Made by a program: the position numbers and the translations under genes. Positions 11,167 to 25,400 of a stretch of DNA of 64,000 nt are shown in pieces. This stretch comes from Bugula neritina (Eukaryota > Animalia > Bryozoa), in the NCBI GenBank assembly GCA_964035545.1, contig OZ037768.1, positions 17,901,700-17,965,699 on the forward strand, in the 5' to 3' direction. Every line of letters begins with the position of its first letter. Positions within the stretch are counted from its first letter, which is position 1. The notes beneath the pieces were generated by a model. The model made no database searches. It had not been told where the DNA came from and saw only the letters and a program-made list of their open reading frames with translations.

Positions 11167-14100
11167 TCATTTGTAATACTCTGGCAGGGAGTCACTAGCA
11201 CAGCGAACCCCAAGATTTCCTGCTGAACTGTCTGGAGTGTTTTGGCTACGTGCAGCACATCGGTGTCTATAGCAGTAGCTCTGTAAGATCACAATATTAA
11301 TTGACAATTTGATACAATAAAGAATGTGCGCCAAACAATGGCAAAAGTTTATGTAAATGATAAATTACCAGTTGAAACTAGTGGCTGCAACTAGTGCATG
11401 TTGTGAGAATCAATTATAGAATGAAAATGTGAATATGAAATACTTGCCTTATGGCACAAATAGGAACCACCTTTTTTAACTTTGTCTTGACCATTAGACG
11501 GCCCTTTCTGAAAAGATATGAGCATGTTTTCATTAACATACCATATAAACCAGCACACAAACATGTAACAAACATTGAATATTGGAGTTCTCACTTACTG
11601 GGTTTTCTTGAAACTCTGTAGAATGTCTAGTAATCCACCAATCTTCAGTCCACTCCCACACATTGCCAACAATATTTTTCAATCCGTGACTGTTTTGAGC
11701 GGGAAAACTGTCAACTGGTGCAGTATTTTCATAGCCATCTTCAGCAGTGTCTGATTTTGGAAACTCTCCTAGAATACCGATAAAGAAAATATTAGCAGTG
11801 TGTGATCTATTAATGACCGAGTAGTGGGTGGTGCTGTTTTTTGGAATGCAAACATAAATGTAAAGCTTATTAACAAGTATTGTGCACCTTCAAATGAAAG
11901 AAGGTAACTCCAAAATCTACATATTAGATTAAAAACCTGTAAAGTCAACCAAAGCTTTTATGTAACAAAGACAATCAAAACTAAGCTTTTCCCTAATTTA
12001 GCTGAACCAATTTTACAAATATTTAAGCCTGCTGCTGCACTCTAAGCAAACATGCAGCACACATACAATTTATATCATACTGGCGTGACACAAATATTAT
12101 GCCTATTTATCAAAATATTTAATGATTGCACATTGGTGAAGTACCTTGCCACACATTCATCCAGTGTTGATCTTTCGGCATGAGCTTGTTACCCCACGGA
12201 TACAGCTTGTCTTTCTTTCCACCTTTACACGCATACTCCCACTCTGCTTCTGTTGGCAACCTTTTCCCAGCCCACTTACAGAAAGCTTTAGCATCATTCC
12301 ATGATAGATGAACAGCTGGGTGGTTCATTCTACAACAATCAAACTTACAACTTTCCAATGAAAACAAAACTAAATGCTAGACTCAAATGAGAGGACAACT
12401 ACCAATTAGACAGTTCTAATATTTAAATCATGCAAGAGCAGGTTGGTATATTAGATCCAAATTGGAAAAACATGCTAACTAATAAAGTTGTGTGTTGCAA
12501 TAAGTTATGCTCATCTACTTACCTAGATTCAATGTTGGAATCATTCCCCTCTGGTCGTCTCCAGTTGGCTCCTTTTACTGGAAGCCACCATGGAGCAGCA
12601 GCCACCTAACATACACATGTATCAGTCATATATATACGCATATCTGTCATATATACACACATATCAGTCATATATACACACATATCAGTCATATATATAC
12701 GCATATCTGTCAATTTGAAAAGTGCTTGGCATGAAACATAAAATAATTGGCCGAAAACAACATGAGAATAGAACATTCACTAACAAAAAGTAGCAACAGC
12801 TGTCAACAGTTTTTGCAACTGAAATTAGAAATACTTAGCATTTCGTACTAGCTTGAACACTGTAAGATCTTAAAGCATATTGGAGAGAAATGAGTATATA
12901 AATATGTACACTAATTGCATATATAAGTATGGTGAAGCTGGTAAAAACTGAACATACCGCTTGGTCTATTTTTGCTTGAGTCTCTTTGCTAAGAAGGTTT
13001 TCAAACACAAAGGAGTCTCCAAATTTCTCAGCCTAATAATTAAGGTTATTAAAAACAATTTTTTATTACAAACACACATAATATGTTAATGCATTCACAA
13101 AATAACGTTGTGAACAATATCAATACCTAATCTAATAAATAAAAATAAATGAGTGAAACTTCAAATCACAAAGATATGCACCTATATACTTGTACATGCT
13201 CAATAAATCACAACACTGAGTAGATGTGGGAAGTTTTACAGAAATCTATGTAGCAAGCAATAAGTTTATAGGACAAAATAAAAAATTGCGACTATAGTAG
13301 TTGAAGCTATATTCATTCAGGTATAAAAGGCTACGCTGTAGACAGAAATATAGTATAGATGAAAGTTAATTACGATATGAACTGTTATTTACAGTGAAAA
13401 ATGTTGCTAGTTGTTGAAAGGAGCACTTTTCATGCATGTATATAGTGTATTTTGCAATATTTTAGTCGCCGCAAATGCAGGAGCAACAAATTTGAAGTGT
13501 CTGTGCTGCACGCATTTACACACAAACTAAACAATGTTTTATAATTTAAAACTTACCTCAGTTTTATAATTAGTAGCATCTACAAAGGCAGAAAACTCTT
13601 GGTTACTCACTTCATGCTTGTCTAAATAAAATGTTGATATTTTAACTTCTCTTATAGGACTTTCACCATCTTGTGCGATGAACACTTGTTCAGTTCCCAT
13701 AAGAAATGAGCCACCCAATATTTTAACCATAGGATTGGACAAAAATAGTGATTTTTTATCAACTGCCTGCTTATTTCTATATTCACTTTGCTCCACTGCT
13801 TTGAAATCGTCAGCATGGGAATGCAATGCTTCAATACTTTGCTCATCATCTTCTATTTGCACAAATCCATCTATATCTGCTTTATTTTCTTCATTAAATG
13901 TCTTATCTTTAGATTTAGAATTCTGATTCTCAGACTGATGATCGTTTATTTGCTTTTCCGAGGATTTTGTCGTAGACGTTGTTTTGTCAGACCTACACTC
14001 ATTTTTTTCACAGCTTTTAGTATATAAATCGGAATGTCTTTCATGGTCATCATTTAAACTATTGCCATGACTAGTAGGATTATTGTTAATATCATCAGCT

Positions 14101-14441
14101 TGATCAATTGACCCAGAAATACTTTTTGAGGCAACATTATTTCTATTTAATTTGCTACAACCACAATCCGAGTCTGGACTTTGCTCTTGAGGTACTGATT
14201 CAGATGAAGATTCACTGTTGGAGCTACATTGCGACTGTGTCTCTGCCTGGCGATGATCAAGCCCAACATCAATAGGCTGAGTTTCAGCAGTCGGTGTTGC
14301 AGAAAGAGCAGAAACGTTACCTGTTAGAGTTGATGCAAAAATTACCAAAGACAGGCATAAAATCGTGAAGCAGCTTGCATTTGCAAGACTCGGACTGTAC
14401 GAATACGTCCACGTTCGAAAGATTTGGCTTTTCACTTTCAT
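11167..14441 (-). CDS. SUMF1: Formylglycine-generating enzyme (sulfatase-modifying factor 1), 7 coding exons
   Basis: Exons 14441-13557, 13032-12958, 12605-12523, 12329-12146, 11769-11599, 11507-11448, 11280-11167. Hydrophobic signal segment, N-terminal [63 protein letters not shown], catalytic [37 protein letters not shown]. Confidence 0.97.
12611..12712. repeat. 21-bp intronic minisatellite (ATATCAGTCATATATACACAC), ~5 copies
   Basis: Directly visible in SUMF1 intron 2. Confidence 0.9.
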
Positions 14442-14459
14442 TCTTGTATATTATAAATC

Positions 14460-14900
14460 TACAATAATATTTAGTGCTTAATATTATTAACTAGAAACTG
14501 AAAACACATAGATTAGAGTTAAATTAACCTTGAAGTTTAGGCTTTAAGTTTCTAAGCAATGCCAATAGACCACTACGGCTACCACTACGGCTACCACTAC
14601 GGCTACCACTACGGCTACCACTACGGCTACCACTACGGCTACCACTACGGCTACCACTACGGCTACCACTACGGCTACCACTACGGCTACCACTACGGCT
14701 ACCACTACGGCTACCACTACCAGTACCAGTACCTTCACCTTGGGTAAAACTTAAACAGAATTTAAATTAGAATGATATCGATGCAATACTATACTTATAA
14801 CAGTCTAAAATCGTAGCAAAAATTAATTTACAATTGCACTCGAGCTTTAGCTAGTAAATTTTAATTTGAATAACCAGGTTAACTTTTAGACCCATCAGAT
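14460..14900. repeat. Degenerate 6-bp-periodic tract in the putative SUMF1 5'UTR intron
   Basis: Hexamer-phased sequence (ccagta ccagta ccttca ccttgg; ctatac ttataa); minus-strand acceptor ttgtag at 14460-14459 just before the ATG. Confidence 0.55.
14569..14720. repeat. Perfect 12-bp minisatellite (CCACTACGGCTA)x~12 inside the periodic tract of the SUMF1 5'UTR intron
   Basis: Directly visible; gives the spurious YGYH and VVVA ORFs. Confidence 0.97.
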
Positions 14901-15300
14901 CAGAGACAGGTGTGTTAAGTAAAACTAAAACCAGGTTCAGCGAAACAGAACAGATAACCCTTGGCAGAAACAACAAAGCAGCTTTCTAAACCTCATATCA
15001 TAAATATCGGTTGAACATGTAAGATGGGAACATTGAATTTATAATAAATTATTAAAACAAATATATTAAAATTTAAATTGCATAAAACATTTTACTTTTA
15101 AAACTTAATTGCTCGATGGTGCCAGCATGTCTACTTCATAATCAGGGTAGTTAGAAACACAGCTTCGTTGTTTCCGAAATAAAAATGTGTGTCAATAGTT
15201 CACAGCATTGAAAATGCAAGCTTTCACTGTGAAACATTCATATTTTACACCACACGTATTGTAATATCTTACATTAGTTTGCGGTTAGGTGTTGTTTAAA
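14900..15300. promoter_or_regulatory. Putative bidirectional promoter SUMF1/QPRT
   Basis: Head-to-head genes with ATGs at 14441 and 15966; both ATG exons are preceded by acceptors, leaving this non-periodic core between two periodic tracts. Confidence 0.6.
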
Positions 15301-15930
15301 TACTATTAGATTTAGTTTTGTCTGGCTTTTACATTAACATTTTAGCCGTTCGAAACTGAGAAATGCTAAATTTATTGTTTAACTTGATGTTATAAAATTT
15401 ATATAAGTTTAACTTCAAGTTTTATTAAATTAAATCTAATATTCATCAAAATTATAATAATAATGAACAGTTATACTTATAGTAACTAAATTATACTTAT
15501 AGATACTAATACTTATTATAAACTAATAATATAAATATAGATATTGAATATATAATAAAATTTATAGTTCATTAGTTGTAGCCTACTTATACATTTTCAC
15601 TTTGACTTGGTCACTTACAGTTATACTTGGTATAGTTGAACAGTTAATAGTCAGTTATACTATATAAAGTATATAGTTAAACTTCATATTATGCTAACAC
15701 TAATCAAAATTTTAATCTATAAATGTAATTAACATTTATATTATAATAGTTAATTTAAATTGCATTTCATTTTCTTTTCACTTTTATGATTTGCTGTTAG
15801 TGTTACTGTTAGTATTACTTTTACTACTAGTACTAGTACTCTACTAGTATTAGTATTACCATTGGCATTAGTATTAGTATAACTGTATGACTTACATAAC
15901 TTTAAGATTAAGTACCAGTAGTATAACTAA
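15300..15930. repeat. Degenerate 6-bp-periodic tract in the putative QPRT 5'UTR intron
   Basis: e.g. ttagtg ttactg ttagta ttactt ttacta ctagta ctagta ... ttagta ttacca ttggca ttagta ttagta; ends before acceptor tttgcag at 15952. Confidence 0.7.
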
Positions 15931-15965
15931 CTAAATTTTGTTGCATTTGCAGAATTTGATGAGTA

Positions 15966-18070
15966 ATGACCAGTGAAATTTCTGCTTTATCGTCTATTTT
16001 GCCGCCTAATGAAATGAGACGAAAAATCCAACAATGGCTGTCAGAAGATGCACCGTCTTTTGATTTTGGAGGATATGTGGTGGGAAACTCCAATGAAACC
16101 TGTGTACTTTTATGCAAGTCTAAGGGGGTTCTAGCAGGTGTTCCATTTGTTAATGCTGTATTCCAAGAGCTTCAGTGTTCCATAGAATGGCATTGTAAGG
16201 AAGGTGAATGGCTGGTACCACCAGTTACAGTAGCCACAGTGGAAGGTAATGCTAGAAAAATGTTACTAGGTGAACGGCTAGCTCTGAATATACTGGCCCG
16301 TGCTAGTGGTGTAGCCACTTTAGCCAGGGAAGCTTGTCAAATTGCAAATGCTCATCATTGGAACGGAACTCTTGCTGGCACTAGAAAGACAACTCCAGGG
16401 TTTCGAGTTGTAGAAAAGTACTCTCTTCTGGTTGGAGGGATTGCACAGCATAGGTTTGACTTGTCTTCTATGGTAATGTTGAAGGATAACCACATCTGGG
16501 CCACCTCAGATGATATTGCCAAGGTGAACTCACTGGTGTATTTTTTATATTATCTCTAAAGTGAAGTTAAGATAATATTTAATTTATTATGGATGTCTAC
16601 CATTTTCTTGAATTGCGGCAGGTGTATTCGGTTTGTAATGGCTGCTTACTCTTTTAGAAGAAATTGTACACTGAAAACATTTTGCCTTCTTTCAACCTCG
16701 TACAAATTAGCTTCATATACATAACATGTGGTTATATAATACATATACATGTAAATAAGCACAAAAGTGTGCTAATATTTAAATGTTATGAGCAGGCGGT
16801 ACACAAGGCTAGATATGTGGCTGGGTTTTCCACTAAAATAGAAGTTGAATGCCGGTCATATGAAGCAGCATGTGTAGCAGCAAGTGCTGGTGCCGAGGTT
16901 GTCATGCTAGACAACTTCGAACACGAAGTAAGTAAAATTGGTGAAATTATGTTTGCTAGTCCAACATTCTCGTTCTGTCATCATATATGCTGAGTTAGGA
17001 CTTGTTTCTGTTTGGTCATCACTAACTAATATGTATTTTTTTCTGATTTCTAATTGTTGCATAACCCACTTTAATGTTATTGTATTATATGATGGAAGCA
17101 GCAAGGGCATGTCTTAATAGTTTGTCACACAGATCTAGACTGATTTATTTTGTGAACTTCATAAAGCCATGGTAAACCATATGTCCTGTTGCTGACCTGG
17201 CATGACTCTTGCAACAGGGGTAAAATAGCAATACAGATAACAAAACAGCTTTCTTGCCGTGATTAACTTAATTACCAAATTATTACACCCACCACCGTAG
17301 CAGCTACACTATTGGCACATATTTAAAAGCTGTCCAACTGATCACTATACGGCTAATGGAAAAAAAACTGTGGATTATCCTGACACACCTTATTTATACA
17401 GTAATAAATATTTATATCGTTTTATAAGAAGTTTTAGGACTTCTGATCGCATGCGGATAACTTTCCAGACTCAATGTATGCTATTTTTTGCTGCTACAAT
17501 CACTGAGCTGGTTTGAATGTTCAAATTTTAAACTTTCAAATCAACTCAGTGATTAAGCTGTGTGTTATAGCAGCAAAGAATAGCTTGCAATAAAATTCAG
17601 CAATAGTTACTATTTGTTTTATAATACCACAGACTTCAGAGCTGACTGGAAAGTCATCAAAAGTTCCAAATCAATTCAAGACATGTTTGCACGAAGTTTA
17701 TTATTTAAGTTGATTTGAGCATACATTCCTAACAGCCTGTAGATGATAGCCGAGATATGTGAATATTTCAATACTGCATAAATAAAGTTTGCCAGGAACT
17801 CTTGGAAACATTAGTGTATTTGTATACTTGCAGACTGCCAAAGCAACTGCCCAAAAGCTGAAAAAAGATTTTCCATATGTAACAATTGAAATTAGTGGCG
17901 GCATCAATTTCAACAACATGCATCTATACTTTTGCAAGGACATTGATGTGCTGTCCATGAGCTGCTTAACCCAAGGTTACAAGTGCGTAGACTTCTCTTT
18001 AAAGATTAAAAGACCTGGTCATGACCCTACCAACCCAATTGTGGTTACACCAACTGAAACAAATGATTAG
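15966..18070 (+). CDS. QPRT: Quinolinate phosphoribosyltransferase (nicotinate-nucleotide pyrophosphorylase), 3 coding exons
   Basis: Exons 15966-16523, 16796-16927, 17834-18070. Motifs [83 protein letters not shown]. Confidence 0.98.
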
Positions 18071-19425
18071 TTTGCTTCATTTTTGGTTGCTAATTGAAGT
18101 CTATTTTTGCTCTTATCTATTTTTGATATTGTATTTATTTAACTGTTAATCTGACTTCCACTACAATTAGTGGTTGAAATAACTTCCCAATATATTTTTC
18201 TACACTCCTTTGAAGTAGACATTCTTATTTCTGCACATGTTGGTATATTTATTGGCTTGAGAAATCTATTTCCATTTCCAAATTGGTCAACAGACAACTT
18301 CCATCAAGTCTATCCCCAATTTAGTTTTTTGATGTACAAGCAAATGTGACAATTGGAAAAATATTAATAAAATAACACGAAATAAAAAGGCAGAAAATCT
18401 CAGCATAGTAAAAATACATTACACTAGCAATTGACAATAATTGGGTTAGCCATTTACATTAGTTGAATGAAATCATAACACCTTCAACTATTTAAATGTT
18501 TTTGAACAAAATGGTGAAAATTGCTAAATTCCAATAAGCTTGGGGAACACAACTTAATGGCAAATGTCAATTGCTAGGTTGTTTTATGATAATGCTGTAA
18601 ACAAGAAGGTAAACAAACTATTCAGAGTAAGGAGTGCTGACAATGTATTTAGAATTTTCAGCTTGGAGTCAACAGCTGTTTTTAATACAGATTCACAAAT
18701 ACATGCCACTTATGGGGGAGTTGTGAACTTAGAGAATTTACAATTAGGAAATATGAAGATATCTGGATTAGTGACTGCTTCACATTGCAATATTCCCTTA
18801 ATGGTCAGAGTAGCTGCAGTAAAATTTTCAACTCCCCAATACAAAATACGTACAATTGTAAAATGAAGTTCCCCAAGTAGAAAGTAAAAACGTGTAGTTA
18901 ATAAAAACTTCAGGAATCTAGTAATAATGAGTGTGAAGTTCGTACAGAAATAAGAAATATAGTATAACAAATCGCATAATTCTTTAACACTTCTTTTTTG
19001 CAACTGCTACTTCTTTCAATTTCCTAAAAAATAAATGACACTGCTCGTTAATGAACGCTAAAAGAGGTGACCTATCTAACCTATATTTGGATTCACAGAT
19101 CCATAAATTTACAACTTTGCAAAACTAAATCTATTTTTTACTATAGATGTCTACTATCTGAAATTGTGACTCCAGTTTTTTAGCTGCAACATAAGTAAAA
19201 AATTAACATGAGACCATATGTTCTTACAACATTGCTATAGAACACCAACATCTTATTACCTTCAGCAGATACTCAGAGGAAATACTAGTGCTGCAGTACT
19301 CAGCACATGCCCCAAACACTTTGCTGCTGTAATTCATTTTAATAAACTAATTGTCTTCCTGAGTTTTAGCTTTTAGACTATACGGAGATGCATACCTATT
19401 GAGTTATTTAGAGACAATTCTCATC

Positions 19426-22400
19426 TTATTGCTGTTGGTGAGGGGGATACCCAGGGTGATACGCAGGAGCCTGCTGAGCCTCTGTAGAAAAAGGAAGGAG
19501 AGCAGTTGATCAATTTCACAATAATAAAAACATGTGCAGTACTCAAGCTGTGTAAAAACATGGAATAAACCTATCATTTGAGCTTCTAGTAATCACAGGC
19601 ATGTAGAAAGACTTACGGGGCGGCATTGAATAACCAGGGTGTGGTTGATATTGACTAGTTGCGGGAAATTGTCCAGCAGGTCTACAGAAAACAGAGAGAG
19701 ACATAAAGAGCATGTTACACTGTCCACCACAGAACTAACTCCTTGGTATATTACAGCGTATTTTCTTAAAAGAATCGGTAGCTAAACATGATCTTTCAAA
19801 AGTTCTTTGAAAACTACACGCTATTCATAACTATTGGGGGGAAGGGAGACTTCAAAACCAACATTTTTGGAAAAATAAAATGAGACACTTACATATATAC
19901 CAACTGGTTCGGTGGATACGGTGGTGGATGGTTTGGGTGGCTAGGGGGCGCTGCGTGATAAAACTGTTGAGATTGTGGAGGCGGCACATATCCACCATAG
20001 CTGCTGACGGCCACATTGCTAGGAGATGGAGACGGGTGAGGAGATGAATGAGGCAGCTGTGCAGGAGGGTTGGGCTGTCCTGCGTGTGGTGGTGGCATTG
20101 CATACATATAATTAATTCCTGCTCCTGGAACAAAGAGAACCACATTATAAAGGTATTAACAGCATTTCAAGATAATAAATGGGTGACAGAAAACTTAGGC
20201 TCAAAAAAACATTATTCTATGTTAAACATTCACAGTAAAAGCATTCTTTTTCTCAAGTGAGTATTGGGAGCATATAAAGTGAATAAAGGAACACACCCTG
20301 ATTATTGTATGCGGGATTAGCATGGGGCATGTGGTGTGCAGGAGGCATAGCACCAGGGTGATGGCTATTGGTGAGAACAGCAGCTTGCTGGTGAGGTGGT
20401 GGAGGCTGATGGTGCATCGGAGCATTGTGAGGCGCAGCAACTGCTAGGTTTCCAGGGCCTGGAATAGGGATTACGTGAGGCCCACCGGTAACCAAAGCTA
20501 AAACATGGCACATAGATAATAAATATTTAAAGTAGAGCTCACGAATTGTTGACGTGATCATGATACACGATAACAAGAAAAGCTGAATAAAAACAAGAAA
20601 ACTCACGAAACTGGCCAGGAATCATGGGCTGGGCTTGAATGTAGGGTGGGTGTCCTGGGGGAGGCACATCGCTGCCAGGATAAGAAGGAACTCTTTGCAG
20701 TCTGGCAGGTTGTGGAACCATCTACAGAAACACAGAGAGTAGTGAGTCTACTGATTACAAGATGAACACAGAAACTCAGCTGAGGTAAGGTAAGCAGGCA
20801 ATTTACTTACTATGAATGGAGGCTGCTGGTTGATTGTGATTGGGGCGCCCATGGCATGAGCAGCTGAGGGCATCTCGGCAGTTCTGGCCGGGGGTCTGGC
20901 CGCTTCAACAGACACTGTTGCTGTCTTTGACTTGTGATGAGAAGAGTGGTGAGTGACGGGCTGCTGCTGGGCAGTGGGGTGTGCAGGCTGAGGAGGGACA
21001 ACTACTGGCTGCTGTCGCTATAAATAGAATAAAATTGGATCCAGAGAGACTAGAGTGGAGATTATCCTAATTTTTCAGTAAATTTAGGTGTGAGAGCATG
21101 ATAAAATATAGAAAATCAAGCAAAATTAGAAACCAAACTTCCTTATTCAACTGTATTTGTTAATATTTTATCAGTTTAATGCAAGAAACTATATACATTA
21201 GCTGCTAAACTTAGTAGTGCTGAAAACAAATATATATATAATTCTAGCTGCAATAGCTTGCTAAGCAGTTGAGAAGTACTTGGGATGCGAGATCTAAGGG
21301 AAACTGTAAGTTATTAGTTGAATGGCACAGCTTACCGGAGTGAAGACAAACTCCTTGGCCTCCGGGTTCAAAGTGCTCTCTGTAGCAGTCCTGTAATATT
21401 TATAGCAAGTAGCACCAGAAGAGAACGACACAGAAATTCATACCTAATTGTAGCTCATCAAAATTCAACATTTTTAAAACTCATAGACATATTAATTCCA
21501 ATAAATCAAGCAACAAACTGAAAACCCCAGAAACAAATTTAAATTACTTTTATTGTAAACAAAACAGACCCACGCTGTACACATGCAGTACACGTATATC
21601 GCAGGTAGAAAACTTACTTCACTTGTGAAATGGCAGTTGTCGGCTTAGCATCAGTTTTGGAAGCTGGGGTTTCAGATTCTGGCTGGCTGGAGGTGCCACT
21701 GGAACTAGCTGGTATGACAGAAGGTGCAGCTGCAGCGGCAGTCACAGGGGTGGAGGTTGGAGTAGTGCTGCTAGGAGTGACTACGACAGAACTAGTGGAA
21801 ACTGGAGAAGCAGCAGTATGAGTCAGCTTAGTTTGAGAGGCTGTCACTTTGGGAGGAATGGACGTGGTGGTGGCTGTGACTTTGGATACCGGGCTTTCAG
21901 TTACAGGGGTGGCAAATTTACTATCCTTGCTAGCCGGAATATTGCTACGCGCTGCATCTGAAGAGATAGGTGCAGAGTCTGTGTTCCTAAAGGGTCTTCT
22001 ATCAACTTTTGGTGCAGTTGAGGTCCTGCCACCAGCAGAAGGGTCTACCTGAAAACAGCATTCAACTAGACTTAGACAATGGCCACTAGTTTAAAAATAT
22101 CAAGAACTGCAAATAAATTTCTTTGAACAGACGATGCGTGTGGCCGACATTCTTACCTGAGAAATTTTGAAGTTTTCTTTAAAATGCCTTAATTTGTCCA
22201 TAGCTAAAACATAGTATTAAGATATATTGGTAATATAAGTAATTTACACATTTGCCTATATTTTCAAAACAAAATGTTTAATATTCAACTTAAGATGAGG
22301 AGTAGAGATTTATCAACTGGATAAGAAGCTTACTGGGCCGACTGGGTGGAGGTGGTTTTGTGAACCTCGGTGCAGCACTTTCCTTAGAGAATCGAGCGGA

Positions 22401-25400
22401 CTGACTGAAATTCACACTGGGAGACTTGCCGGTGTGTGAATGTGTGCTGGGGATGTTTCTAGAAGCAAAGATACACAGTTACAAGCACACAGTAACAAGG
22501 CTCTTAATGTAACATGTTGCTATGTCAAAACCGCTATGTTTGATTCAATTACTATAAAGAGTAGATATTTGACAATTTGTATACCTATATATTTTACATA
22601 CAGGGTTGAGCTGTTCAACCCAACAGCTAAGTATCTTGTGAATAAGTTAACTCTAACATATCACTTAAGAAGTTGATGAAACAGTCTTACTTGCTGTCAA
22701 AAAAGTGAAAATAAAATTGAAAAGCATAGTGACGGTTGAATTATGACTTACTTGTTTGATCTTTGTTCTATATTTTCCCTCCTGACAGGTGACTTATGTT
22801 GCGGGGCGGGTCTGGTCACCGCACTAAACTTCTCCTCCTCGGTCTGATCGCCATTCTCTAAGGCTAAATTAGCCCGAGACATTGCACTTCCTTCTATTTG
22901 AGCAGCCAACTGAGTGGCCTCGGCAAGCTTCCGTTGGTGCTCTGGCGAATCAGAGCTACTCAACTTGGTCGTGTATTCGTCTAAGTCACTGTTGTACGTT
23001 GATTTTACTCCAAACTTTTTTTCATGTTGCCTAACAACCGCAAAGAAATATAATAATACCTGTACAATATTGCAGCTGCAATAAATAAATATACGAAAAT
23101 TTAGTGGGAGTGGAACCTTGGTAAGTCTGAACAATGTAAGACACATCACAGGCAAACACAAGCATAGAGTTTGCTGAATTTGATTCTGAATATAGTAAGG
23201 CATTATTAAATACTGAGATTTTCCATGTCAAAATGATAACAGACTTAGTAGCAATTCTCAATATCCCCTAAAAAGGTTTGAGATGTGTTTAGTTGTCAAA
23301 GGCATCAGTCATTATGAATTCACAATTTATTTTACATCTAGACACATGCTATTTTATTAATTTATTACTTCTACATAATAAGTTGAAAATTAGCTATTAA
23401 AAAAACACTTTTTGTGACCATTTCACCTGTATATTTTAGAAGTTCACATGTCAACAAAATAAAACAAGTTTCAGTGAAACATATTGCTGATATGAAGGTA
23501 GTAAATGTATAGAAAAGCTGCCCACAACTAAACAGCATATGATCTATAAACTTACTTGAACATATCTTCAGCATCCCAGCCTGAACCGCCACTTTCTAGA
23601 TCAGTATTGGTTTCTAGAGCATCACCACCATCCCACTCTACCAGCTCAATGTTAGCCGTTACTGAGCCATTCAGTGGTGCCTTGCTTACCCCAGCGTCAG
23701 TGAATGAATCAGTTGCTATACACAAAGAAAGTGATAATTATAGTCTTACCAACTTTAAGTATTGGGGATTGGACAAAGCAAACCTGGTTTAAACAGGTGG
23801 TTGGCTCTAACTAAATGGGCAACTTTACTTAAAGCTAAACTAACATTTTCCTCTATAATCCCTACAACCGTGTATTTATAGCATAGCACAATGCGCATAC
23901 TGTTTGTAAATACAATAGATATTTGCCTTTAAACTTGTAGCTTGAATTTAGTAGAATAATGACATATTATGACTACCTTCAAAGCTGATTAGGTTTTGTA
24001 TGCCGGGAGTTGAGAAAGAATCATCACTAAAGTGAAGTTACAGTGTAAAGGTACTTACAGCATTGAACTTGCTTTGTGTCAGCATCCACTGCTTTTACTT
24101 CGACTATCTCTTTGAATTCAAAAATAAGTTTGTCTACAACTTGTTCCTTGGAAGGAATAAAATTCGGTAGATCAGGCTGGACTATGTGTGCTTGTTCAAT
24201 CACCACTTCCAACTGAAACATACAGCTATTGTAGAGTACAACCACACAGTGTAGTAGAAAGCAAGAATAAACTCAATAAAATGACTAGCTTAGTTTTCGC
24301 TTCAAATTTTAGCATAATGCATTTTTTAATTCAAAATTAAATGAAAAACCCTTTTCTTCAGGTTCAAAACACAAATTCGATGCATAAACACAGAGGAGCA
24401 CCATGAATATCTAACAACCACAAGATGTAATTTTATGTAAAATATGATCAAGTAGTCAGTAATCATAGCCAAACAAATCGGTCAGTCTCATTGCAGCGAT
24501 TATCTTATTAATAGAATATCTGTACAGCCATTCTGTAAACTTGAGTTATTCAACTGTTTTGGCATCATTGAGGAAGTGAATTCCTTAACAGGTAAAGAGT
24601 TGATAAGCATTCAGAAGTATCAGATTATGCCTTTTTAGTTCCAAAAACTTGTGTTGATAAGACTGGCAAGCCAGGCCAAAATAATAACTTTCATACTTAT
24701 ATCTAGAGTCAGTAAATTGATTTCAGTAAAATTCATAAAACTTTCGTCTGAAAAAACTGGGCAGTGAAAGAAAACAAATCAAATACCTGGATTCAAAGAG
24801 AAGTTTAGAAAAAGTGAAATACTCATGAATATTGTCTCTTGACTTGGACATTGGAAGAGTAACGTGTTAGCATTTTTAAAGTAAAGTATTTGCTGAGAGG
24901 ATGCCGATTATACTCAACATGGGTTTTAAATTTAATAGGGAAGTAAATGGACTATAATAACAACAGTTGACACCAATAGATTCCATTATATAATGCCAGT
25001 CCTGCAACAGCACAGGCTTTAAACATCAGTACAAAAATACAGTGCTCCCTCCATATCTCACATTTCTATTTCTCACGAAACTCCATAGGTCAAGAGGAGG
25101 GCTTGAGCCCGTTTTTTACTTATGTATGTGTGTACAGGGACAGATCTGATAGTTTGATATGATATTCTACTATGTCACGAATTGAGCTTTGGGACCCACA
25201 GGTGCAGCTTAGTGAGATTTGGAGGGAGAACTGCATAAAATATTGCACAACTTCATGGAATTTGGATAAGTGAAGGAGTAAAGTGTGTTCTTACATCAGG
25301 TGAATAGCTGGTGAATATTCCAGAATATCTTGTTTTATCCAACATTATAACTTCGACAATAGACCCCTGCAGAACAACGCCAAGTAAGATAACAGCTGTT

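Noticed and set aside
14544-14747. ORFs encoding (YGYH)n and (VVVA)n
   Set aside because: Translations of a perfect 12-bp minisatellite in a putative 5'UTR intron; no splice or homology support.
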